Notes under the pieces: model-generated
What the model saw: only the letters and a program-made list of their open reading frames with translations
Databases searched by the model: none
Told to the model about the DNA's origin: nothing
Source of the DNA: Eutreptiella sp. 'Long Island Sound 2002'
Taxonomy: Eukaryota > Protista > Euglenida
Assembly: GCA_964036045.1 (NCBI GenBank)
Contig: OZ038378.1
Coordinates: 28,892,001-28,956,000 of the forward strand
Direction of reading: 5' to 3'
DNA: 64,000 nucleotides
Program-made: the position numbers and the translations under genes
Shown here: positions 39,186 to 49,500 of the stretch, piece by piece
How positions within the stretch are numbered: the first letter of the stretch is position 1
How the letters are laid out: each line of letters begins with the position of its first letter

Positions 39186-40978
39186 ATGCCTTTCCCTCGA
39201 GACACTATTCTCGAGCTTAGCATGACGCTTGTGCGTTTGAGTGGAGCCAAGAGTTTGCGGGACCCTTTGGTCTCCCAACTCCTTGGTGAGTGGGTGGCTT
39301 CATCTCCCTTGGCCCGGGGCCGATGGTCGGAGGCCACGGACGTTGGCTAGCCCTCCCTCATTCGTACTAAGCAAGTGGAGGCGGTGAAACAATACGCCTC
39401 CTCCCTTTTTCGCGCGCAAGAGTTCATCGGGCTCCTCATGGATCTCAATGTCACAAAGACGGGGTTCCGCCACCTCTCGGAGTTCATGACACGGCGAGGA
39501 ATTGACTATACGGCCGCTACGGGCCACACTTTCCCGCACCCCATCCCAACGCGGCAAGCCTTCTTGGACACGTGGAAGGAAATGGTTAACCCGCTAGACG
39601 TGCGGGCCCCTGTGAACGTGGACGACCCACCCGCTAGTGGCCGCAGGTGGTCCGCGCACTCATGGGCCTGCTACATTCAATTGCGTCCACAACTATTGGA
39701 CAACATTGATTAGGACCGGCCCCTCACGTTTATTGTGCGTGGGGATGCCTACCCATGTGCGGGTGGGAGTTGGACCCAATTGTCTATTGGGCTCCTCAAC
39801 CACGGCAAACAGGGCCGCACACCCGCCTACTTGTGGGTCATTAGGATGGTGGTGTGCGGCGACAAAGACATGGCCGCTTGGGCCACTATTTGGGCTGAGA
39901 ACCGTCCGGAACTTCGAGGTGTTGTGTCGCATTGAATTCGGGCCCACTTCGTTTCAAAGTTCCTCATTTAAAAGCAAAAATTGCTGAAAATTTAAGCCGA
40001 ACAAAATTTGAAGCTATAATTTAAATAATTATTAGTTAATTATTAGTTATCGATGCACACACTTTTTTGTAGGTGTTGCAGTCGATTCACGACTGCAAAA
40101 GTTTCTGTTGGGCATCCCGTTGGGTGCTTGCTGCGCTGGTCCTTGGGGGTGACCAGCCGCTTATTTGCCGCCTCATTGGGGTGTCTACATCACCCCAAGT
40201 GGGGTCTATTTACAATATGGGGGTGTGGGACAAGGCGGCGGCGGCGTGGTTGCGGGTGGACGTGCGCCGGACTCTGGACAACGAGGCGGCCGCCCGTCAA
40301 CAATATCAGGTGACGGGTCGGAGCTTAGATAATGGTGGGTGCATAGCGCAACCTCACATCATGATTGACCGGTGTTGGGTTTTCCTATGCATCCTCCATT
40401 GTTGCATGGCCTATGGGCGGCTGCACGTCGCTTTTGGTGAGGCGCGCCTGGAGTCACTCCCCAAGGAGAATGCCAAGGCCGAGCAATGGTTGTTGTACCG
40501 GGCACGCACGGGGGCGAAGTTGGGTGCCACCGCTGCACCCGATGGGGAGGAGGCTAGGGCCCTCTTCCTTGCATGGGAGGAGATGGGCCCACGAGTGGCC
40601 TACGCACCTGAGGACTCCAAATGGCAAGCTGGCGGTGCCATGAGGGATCTACTTCGGGACTTGTACAGCGCCCCCTCTCAATAACCTGGGGGTGTCTGCA
40701 TCGCGCGGCAGTACCGTGCATACTGCTGCAAGGCCGCCTACCAGTCCAACTACCTATACTTGGAGGAGGATGTGACCACGGCGGTGGCTAATGCGACACG
40801 TTTGGGGGTGGGGTTGGGGGCGGTGTGTGCGGATGTGGCAGAAAGCCTGAATGCCATTTTAGAACGGGCCTACAACGATCACAAGGCCCGGTGGGGGGGG
40901 GATGCCGGGGGCCAGATCCCTAGAAAGGGAGGCGGAGGTAGTTTTGCAAGTGTGGGAATGGTGGTTTCTGAAATTTGA
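39186..40978 (+). pseudogene. RAG1/Transib/Chapaev-like DDE transposase (3 in-frame stops, 1 frameshift, 1 intron 39919-40072)
   Basis: VRGDAYP (D 39744), LGGDQPLI (D 40151), CILHCCM (H 40397), SNYL and GAVCADVAESLNAILERAYNDHKAR (E 40841). Order and context match RAG1 D600, D708, LHCD, TNYFH, ESGNK and Transib EARNK...HSR. Confidence 0.7.
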
Positions 40979-41104
40979 TCTACCCCTTAGGACCCTAGGA
41001 ACCCCCCATGTGGCCCCATGTACAATGGCCACGCTCATGTCTAACCATAGCCCCCCAACCAATGTCCCTTTCCCTTGCACCCCCAGCTCTTGTAAGCCCT
41101 ATCC

Positions 41105-41670
41105 ATGGACCCCGCCGCAATGGAGGCGTTGATGGAGAAAATGATGCAAAAAATGACCGACAAAGTGGTATGTCCTTGTGTGTGCGTGTGTTTGCAAGCC
41201 TATGAATCGCATTTGTAGTCAGTACTTTTCGTTTAAATTTTAATACGGGCGTCGCTTTTCTTGGTTGAATTCTAACACCGGCGGTCGTTTAACATTTAAA
41301 TTTTAAGCTAAAAATTAAGTATGAAAAATTAAACGAAAAATGTTAAACCCAAGTTAATTTTTCCATTTGTTTTTGCTTGCAGATGGAACGAATGGAGGAC
41401 CGCCTACAGCGGGGTGGAGCACCCCCATGGGGGAGCAGTTCAAGCTCCTCCAGCTCCTCCAGCAGCTCCACAAGCTACTGCAGCCGGCGGTCCCCCAGGC
41501 ACGAGAGGGGGGCGGGAGGGGCGTCCGCCGCCACCTCTTTTGACGAATGGCGGCGCATGAGGGAGGATCGGCGGCGTGAAAAAGACGAGCGGCGCGGAGA
41601 GAAGGAGCAGAAGAGGAGGGCAAAAGAGGAGAGGACGGCCAACCAGTCACGGGGGGGGGGTCGAGGTTAA
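41105..41670 (+). CDS. Transposon accessory ORF-B, 2 exons (41105-41167, 41383-41670), 116 aa, Met/Glu/Arg-rich coiled-coil-like
   Basis: Phase-0 GTATGT...TTGCAG AT-rich intron joins MDPAAMEALMEKMMQKMTDKV to MERMEDRLQRG... Confidence 0.65.
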
Positions 41671-42285
41671 GGCAGAGCAGGGGGAGTTGGTGGTGCTAGA
41701 GGGTGGGGACAGGGTTGGGGAGGGGGATGAGGATGGAGATGGGGATGAGGTACAGGTGTAGCCCCCCCCCCCCCCCCCCGCAACCACCTGTTTTACCCCT
41801 TCACAAGTGGCTGCAATCGGCCCTCGAGAAAGAATCAGCGGTGTGCCGCAAGGCAGCAGCTGTTCCCTGGTCTGCCCAAGTCCTTGACCAGGGCTGTGGG
41901 CCAAACCAACCAATTTTTCTGACCCTAGCAAGGGTCACTACAGCCTGCGTTGGGTCATGCGCCGACTTTTCCGGTGCATAATTAGGAAAAATGGGGAGGG
42001 CAAGGGGGAGTGGCGGAAGGATGCCGCCAAAGGGGGCGTCTGGCACAGGCAACCACTGCCGGGCGGTCCCATGTCCCCCTTGCCGGAGAAGGTCAACTTG
42101 GGTCCTTCGGGGCCCTGAACCTGGTGGCCGACCCCCAGGGGGTCAGGTTTGGCACCCGCCACTACCTGGTGTGCCTGTAGCAATGGGTAGTCCTTGGCTT
42201 GTGCACATAGTGACGGTAGGGCAAGTCGGTGCAATTTGCACCGGTCTGTGCCTACGATCCCGCGGCCTAGCACACCTACGATGGG

Positions 42286-42867
42286 TTGGTGCTTGGGTCG
42301 CGGACAAGCCACAGGTTGGCCGCCGTCACTCGGAGGGCACCCCCGGCGGCCGCCACCGTCAACAACGGTAACGCCGCGGACCCCGTAGAGGCCCCAAGCC
42401 CTGCCTCGAGCTTCAGGCTGGCGATGGGGGTGCTGCATGCTCTGGGGTGCCCAGAATTTCAGAAACTATGTGTGTGTATGCGTGTGTTTGTGTGTCTGTA
42501 ATTTTGCGGACGCTTCGTTTGAAACTTTTGGTTTAGTATTTAACATTTTCATCGGCGCTTTAAAAATTGAAAATTAACGTTGAAAATTCATCGAAAATAT
42601 TTGAAAAAAAAGTCGTCCGAAAAATTTAGTCTGTCCCCCGGACCACGGCCTCCACCTGTTTTGTTGCAGATCAAGGACATGGTGGTCTATAGGGACGATG
42701 TCCGCCCCCTCCGTGTCGTTTGGAGGGAGAAGGACGGGGAGCGGAGCGTGGGTCTAGGGGGGCTCCACAAGGTCCTCGCCCAAGACCCCGCGCTTGGGTT
42801 GGCCGTGCTCCGCGGCTTGAAGGAGTGGGAGCACGGCCGCCAGTGCTCGGAGCTGTGGGGCCCCTGA
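42286..42867 (+). pseudogene. Transposon accessory ORF-C, exons ~42286-42465 and 42670-42867, donor apparently mutated (CTATGT for GTATGT)
   Basis: AT-rich 204-bp segment ending ttgttgcag; a phase-0 join gives GCPEFQK|IKDMVVYRDDVRPLRVVWREKDG...; the real start is probably further upstream. Confidence 0.5.
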
Positions 42868-42948
42868 AGGCCCTACAAGCCCAGTTCATGGGCACACCTG
42901 GCGGAGGTAGAGTGGTGGGGGTGTGAGGATGCGGGGCTTTGGCGGGGG

Positions 42949-43530
42949 ATGGGAGGTGGGGAGGCAAGGGACGTGAAGGAAGAAAGGGAGGGGGCAAGCA
43001 CCAATACCACCCCCAACCCCCCCCCCACCGCCTCCAAGCCTAAGCCCCCCCCTCCCCCCAAGAAAGGCAAGGGGGGGCAAAGCTCCCGCGGAAAAAAAGA
43101 GGAGGAAGCGGTTCGAGTCCGACTCGAAAGTGGAGTCCGACAACCCCGCCTCTTCCTCTTCGTCGTCCTCCGGCGAGGACACCCGCCCCGAATAAGAAAC
43201 CCCCCCCCAAAGTCAAAGGCCATCCCCGCCCCAAAAGACAAGGGGCGAGAGAAGAAGGCGGAGGGCGGTGGGAAAGAAGCGGGGAGACTGAAGCAAGAGG
43301 GGGGGGGGGGTGGATCCCCTCGTGGGACCCCCGCCCACGTCCCGTACGGGGGCGGGGTACGGGTGGGCACCGTCACCGGTGGGTACACACCCGTAAGAGC
43401 GGGGTTATTTGGGTGAGATACCAAAACAACCCCAAGCTCTATGAGGTGGAGCGCCACCTCATCTTCGGCACGGCTGAAGCGGCAAAGGCGCACCTCCAAA
43501 AGGTGCGCAAGGGCAAGACACCCCCCACCG
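42949..43530 (+). pseudogene. Transposon accessory ORF-D, frameshifted; K/P-rich linker plus a small beta-rich (Tudor/SH3-like?) module
   Basis: Frame-shifted continuation WVHTRKSGVIWVRYQNNPKLYEVERHLIFGTAEAAKAHLQKVRKGK at ~43380-43520. Confidence 0.35.
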
Positions 43531-46500
43531 ACCCCCCCCCCCCCCCGCCGCCACGAAGCCGGCTAAACCCCTGACTAACCCCTCGACTCAACCCAAATAC
43601 CCCCACTGACCCACCTAACCCCCCAACCGAGACCCAAGCTACCCCGGCCCTATGGGACCCGGATACAGGCTCCCACACCAACAATGGCCGGAATGGCCAA
43701 GGACACAAGCCGCGAAGGGTAACGCATATGTTCTATGTGTTGTTGTGCTTGTGTAGGGATGTTTCATTTTTGGAAAGTTTGTTTATATTTTGTTGGTTTC
43801 ATTGTTACTTCTGGCGACACATAATATCTAAACTTTGCAAATTGTAAACCAAAAATCAATACAAATTGTAAAGCTGAGAGCCAATTTAATATTTTTAAAC
43901 ATCAAGACGGGTGATCCCCCCGAAACCAATGGGTAAAATGGTGCACAAACACACAAGGCACCCCGTAGGGGTGAAAATTTTCCCATGCGACGCCCCTCAC
44001 CCCCCGCCAAAAGGGGATATTTTGATTGAATCTATTTATTTTTGGCCAAAAATTAAATATATTGGATTTAATTTGGGTCTCTCGGGCAGCCAGCAGTTTT
44101 GCTGCCTCGTTGGTTTGGCTTAACAGGGGGGGGGGGGGTGTAGAGAGAAAGACTCGGCTCATTTTCAACAAAAATCCCAAAACCTCCAACGTAGCCATGC
44201 GACTCATGTCATTTCGAGGAGCCATCTGTATAGATGAGCGTCGGATCCCGAGCCTCAAGCCGTTTGGCCCTTTTTTCTGCTGCCGACTTGTGGTGCAGTG
44301 ATCCAGGGTTCGCTACTCTGGGGGGGCGGGGGGTTTGCCCTGTGATGGCTTGCGAAAAAGCAGTCAAAAGGGAAGCCAACATCCTGGGTAGTCCGGTGAC
44401 TCTGCGCTGCCAGCAACAGAGCACCTGGTGGCAGTTTGTCAAAAAGGTATGCGAGGTGTTGATTGGGGTGGTGACAAAAAGTATGTCCCCCGGGCTGTAG
44501 GAGGCCAATGTGGAGCAGCCTTTAGAGTTTGTGGTGGCAGTGTGTATGGTATTCAGATAGCATGCGGTGTTGGTGGATGAGGTAGGTGCTATAGCAGGCG
44601 AGTCAAACATGCCACCGACTGGCAAAACATCAAGCACATGCGGTCGGGAGCCCCTCAGTGGGGAAACACTAGAGAGGCGCAGCTGGCCAACGAGATCGCA
44701 GGATTATGGCAATTCCGTCAGCACGTCACAGATGTGGTTCGGGTGCCCCTCAAGTGGGGGTGGGGGCTTCTGGCGTTGTTGGGGCTGGGGCTGTCACCAA
44801 TGGTGACCGCCCTCCTCAGCTAGCTCGTGTGCCTTCTAATTTCCTGGCACGTCGACATTGGATGGTACCCAAATCCATTGCACTTGCGCATGGCACAAGC
44901 CTAGCTGGGTGACTAATTGTTCCCAAAGGTAGGCATTGGCCACCGCCCCTTTTTGGTTGCACCATCCAACCGTTTTCCACTTGTACACAGGCCCTCGGAT
45001 GCCTGAGCACAATTAGTCCAAGTCGGTGGCAATCACCGGCTTCATTATGGGTCGGGGGAGACAGCGGAGCAACTCAATTGCCGCCATGAGTTTACCTCGG
45101 TTGTTGGTCTGTGGTTCGTCTGTTGGCAGGAATCTAGAAAGTTCCAGGTTGATGTGCGGGACATAGGCCCCATACCCACCAACCATGCCAACACAAGGGT
45201 GGATTTTGGCAGAGCCATCCGTGTTCCCCGTGGTCCAACCCTTAGTTCCTAAAGTTTGAATCTTGCTGACAACATGTGTGGCCAGCTCTGCATGCTCAGC
45301 CTGCTTTTTCTTTTGGGGAGGGGAGATGGGGGTATAATTGGCCCGCCACAACAACTCTGGGGCTGGAAGGACCTCCGTTTCATTATGTTCCTGCACAAAA
45401 TGTCGCAACTGCAATAGTGCCGCTATGAGGTGCTCAAGCGGCCGCCACTGAATCACGCATTGTATGTTGTTAATTCCTACACAACGAAACGTGCTAAGTG
45501 TGGGAATGTGAAACAAATGTGCCTTGCATTGCACCCCCAAGTGTGCCCTGCGGGCAGTCCAGTAGAACACGGAATCCACCGACTTTTGCGCTTCAAGTTT
45601 ACCCAACCTCCAAGTGGCGGTGTCTAGCCCAAAGGCTTTGCACATGAGGAAGTACACATGAGGGAAAAATTTGCAGTACCGCAGTGCGTGGGTGATAGTC
45701 TCAAGCTTGCTGGGGCAAAGAGGGCATTGATCTGTGCCAAAAAATGAACGAATCCTTTGTTGCACTTTGAATTTGGACCACGGCGTTGTATAAACGGAGT
45801 CAAAGAGCCGTGGTGGAAACTGGCAGGTCCAAAATGCCGCCCACACTTCTTTGTCCCGTCTATGCGTGACATAAAGCAAGGGCGTAATATGCTGCAAGGT
45901 TAGGGACTTAGCCGACCCATTTACCAAGGCTCTGGGCCTGGAATAGTCATTAGTGTGTTTTTTGATGAAGCTTGAGAGGGAAGCTTCATAGATCAGGATC
46001 CATGTGATCTAGTCGTTGTTCTACCGTGCGGATGCCCCACTCGACAAGTTGGGGGGCAACATAGTTGTGCAATGTTGATTTTGAAATATTGCACAGTGCC
46101 ACGCATGCAAGGTCCCCACATCCTCTACGGGTAGACAATCCACGACAAGTTTACATGCCTTAGAGAAACCCCGGATACTGCAGGCTAGAAACATTGGGCT
46201 TCCACGGTTTACGCATTGAGCCTAATTGCAGCAAGGGTATACCATGCGGTTTCATGGCAAAACTGACGGCGCTGCAACAGCGGTAAAAATGCTGCACTAG
46301 GACAGGCGGGAAAATATAGGATTCGAAAAGGTGGGCCATTGATGGCAACCCTGCATGGGCCATGAGGCACGAGTTAGCTAGAGGAAGCGCATGGCCACCG
46401 TGTTCTCTGGTTTGTGATAGCTCATGCAGGGTTACTCTCTGTGAGTCAAAGGAAAACAGAACGTTGTGGATGTTGGTGAAGGCGGCCGAGGTGGCACGCT

Positions 46501-49500
46501 CCGCAACATAGACACGGGCAGTCAAAAGTAATACGGCGAGAATCCATGTTTTTAAGAGAATAATTCGCTCCTTAATGCTTAAGTCTAGGTATGAGGCCAC
46601 ATTTGCCGTGCGAAAGGCTTCCGCAAGGCTTCCTCAAGGGTGCCGCAAAGGCTTTTGTGGAAGAGACATGACTGATCAAAACCCCTAGACACTTGATAGA
46701 TCTCATTTCGTGAAAGGCAAAGTCATCAATCCTGCTGTGCTGCCACGGGGAGGTTGCCTTGAAAAACAAAGGCCAACTTTCATGGGTGAATTTGTAGTCC
46801 TCACACTGTAGAGAAAAATTTGAGCATATCCGGTGTGCGAGGCAACGAGAAGGACATCAGCATATCATCCACATAGAAGCAAATTCGCGGGGGTTAGTCT
46901 AGCCCTCAAAAGGCAAAGCTGTGCAAAAGTAAAAAAGGAGTGACCCCAGCTATAGTTGATCCTCTGTCGCCTTTGAAACATCCTATCGACAAAGGAGGGG
47001 CAATCTGCATCAGTAGCTGCTCTGTTTGTAAGAGCACCAATGTCACAAACCATTTTTTCATTTGTTGAATAGCAATTGATCTGAGGCGTTGAACATTGCA
47101 TGCCCCTGCCGTTTTGAGAATGCTGGAGATCATCTCTGTTCCCCAGCCCTTCGAAAAAAGAGCCCTGCTAGGTCCCCCCCCTTGACAACTCGGAACGTAA
47201 GGGGCACAAAGAACTCCTTGAAAGATTGGTAAAACTGTAGTGGGAGGTCATCCAGCCCAGGGGCTGTCACCACCACTTGGTGTTCAAATGCCTCCTCTAC
47301 GAGTTGTTGGCTGCTCTGCCGGAAAGGCAATGGATTCAAGCTCACCACGGAAGCTAGTATATGGTTTTTTTTTTAGATCGGAGTCACATTGTCCCCTCGT
47401 GGCAAATACGTTGCGATGAGAAATGCTGGACCAATGGTCACATAGAACTTGTGCCACCGTATCAGGATTCGTGAAAATGTTTCCTTGCACTTGCAAGCAG
47501 CCAAGATATTTTCTTCCTAGACTAGAGTTGGATCATAAGCCTGTCAATTTGCTTGCGTATATGCCGTTGTGAAATGTGACTCATTGGCTGGTCTGCAATG
47601 ACCCCCTTGAAAAGGGCGACCTGGTCTACGCCTAATCTATTCTTGGTTTCTCGCTCATGGCAGGATACCAGCATTGAAAAGGCGGCTTTCTATGTTTTGT
47701 GGGCGGAGACCGTGGAACTGTACGAACTTCCAAGCCTGTGGGGGAACATAGGAGCAGTGACAGCACGTTGTTGAACCGTGAGGAACTTTGAAAGTCACCG
47801 TAATCACAGGCATGCTTTTTTTGAAGCTTTTCAGCTTGGCCCAAGCGGTGTAAGCCCTACGAATAGCGCATACTTGGGGGGGTGTCGGCTTCTCGAGAGT
47901 CTGTGGTTGGTGCCACTGGCTCAGCTCCTGTTATATGTCATTGACCGTGTCCCAGTCGCGTATACACAACAACGGGCATTTCCACCGCGGGGGGCGGGGA
48001 GCGAAGATGGGGGGTGCACTCTAAGGATCACTGCCTTATGGTCAGAACGGCCAAGGAAGGCCATGTGCACCGAGGACGCTGCATCCGCCATGTGATAGGG
48101 CACGTGTATTTTGTCTAAGCAGTGCAAGAGGGCAGCCCTTTTTTCCTTGTCTTTGTCATGAATGTATGATGGCCAAGTGTAGCCCTTCGCATGTTTTGGG
48201 ATTCATGGTCAAAGTGGACATGCGTCCATATATCGGTCAGTCCTAGGCTTTCCAATGCCCGAACCTTTGCGGCCCTAGCCCGAAGCACTTATCTTGTTTC
48301 AACCTGTGGTGATTGCCACATTCAAGGGCAAGCTGTACCAGCAAGTTATGATTTGCAGGCAGGAAAATTGGGGTGCCATTGCCAAAAGAGATCAGACCAG
48401 AGCGAACATGGTCCATTGACGCTCCCTAGCTGTGGGATGCGTTTCAAATAGAGCTCAGATCACGAACATTGCTTGTGGTTCAATATTCTGGCTTGGAGCA
48501 CACAAGTTGTGCACACCCAAGGCAAAACTGGATACAATGGTCCACCGATGATGGACCGCAATTGCCGCACCACCTCGTCCCTCATCGAAAAGGACGGACA
48601 CCAGGTCATACTGTCATTAAAGATGGCACTGGCATCTCGAAAATTGTTTTTGTTGTAGGAGAGATGGGGTTCCTTGATTCCTATAAAATCCACATTGCCG
48701 GAATGCGCGTATATGGCCCAAATAGTGGTTTCCGTTACTTGTTGTCCGGCTGCTCCCCGTTTAGTTTTAGTGAGCAGCCAATGGATGCTAATTGTGAGTG
48801 CAGCGAACTGGTTTGGTCCCATGTGCCGAACCCAGTTGGCATCCGAGGGTCGCATCATGTCGCCCCCACGTAGTATATATGGTCTGAACCCTGGCTACCT
48901 TGAACGTGTTGCACCTAGGGCATTGTTGGAAGCACAACATACAAAAGCATTCATCCTTGGCAAGGTTGCCACAAACACCCCATCAGGGCCTTGCGGTATA
49001 GGGGCTCTTTTTCGGGGCGTCATTATGATCCTACGTTCTTGACTTCATGCACATACGTTTTCCCCACTTTGGCTGTGGGATCGTCGGTGGGAAGAATGGA
49101 GCGGCACCCCTCCTTCAGAACAAACGATTTTTTAATTTTTGGTACTCGGAAAGAGAAATCAGCATGAGGTCCGCATTGGACTTTGGGTCATAGAGGAGCA
49201 TCCCCTCTTTACGATGGAAACCATGCCCTGAGACCCTCCAAGCAGCTCCCGTGGGTTGGGTTCCATGTGTGTGGCTTTTGCAATATAGATATTTGCAGCT
49301 TGCAACGTTTCCATGAGAGCAGTGTCATCAGGCCAAGCGGGCGCATCGTACAGCATCATTGACTTTGGCGCCCCTGAGTTTGATGAGGCGACTACGTCAC
49401 AATCTGATTGGACCCGGACATCATTGACCCAACCCCTTGCACATTTGCCTTTGAACAGGAGGCCTTTTGCCTTGTTGGCCGTGGAAAAGAATTTTGAGGT

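Larger units (their letters stand above)
38873..44086 (+). mobile_element. 5214-bp DNA transposon, CMC/Transib-like, with RAG1-like transposase and accessory genes
   Basis: 31-bp TIRs CCCTAGAGACCCACGTTAAATCCAATATGTT / CCCGAGAGACCCAAATTAAATCCAATATATT (4 mismatches); 2-bp TSD CA (38871-72, 44087-88). Excision re-creates the in-frame host RNase H sequence CTG CTG GCT GTA CAA ACG (LLAVQT). Confidence 0.9.

Noticed and set aside
38873-44086. ProtoRAG-type RAG1L/RAG2L pair
   Set aside because: No kelch/PHD RAG2-like ORF, no RSS heptamer/nonamer in the TIRs, and the TSD is 2 bp rather than 5 bp.
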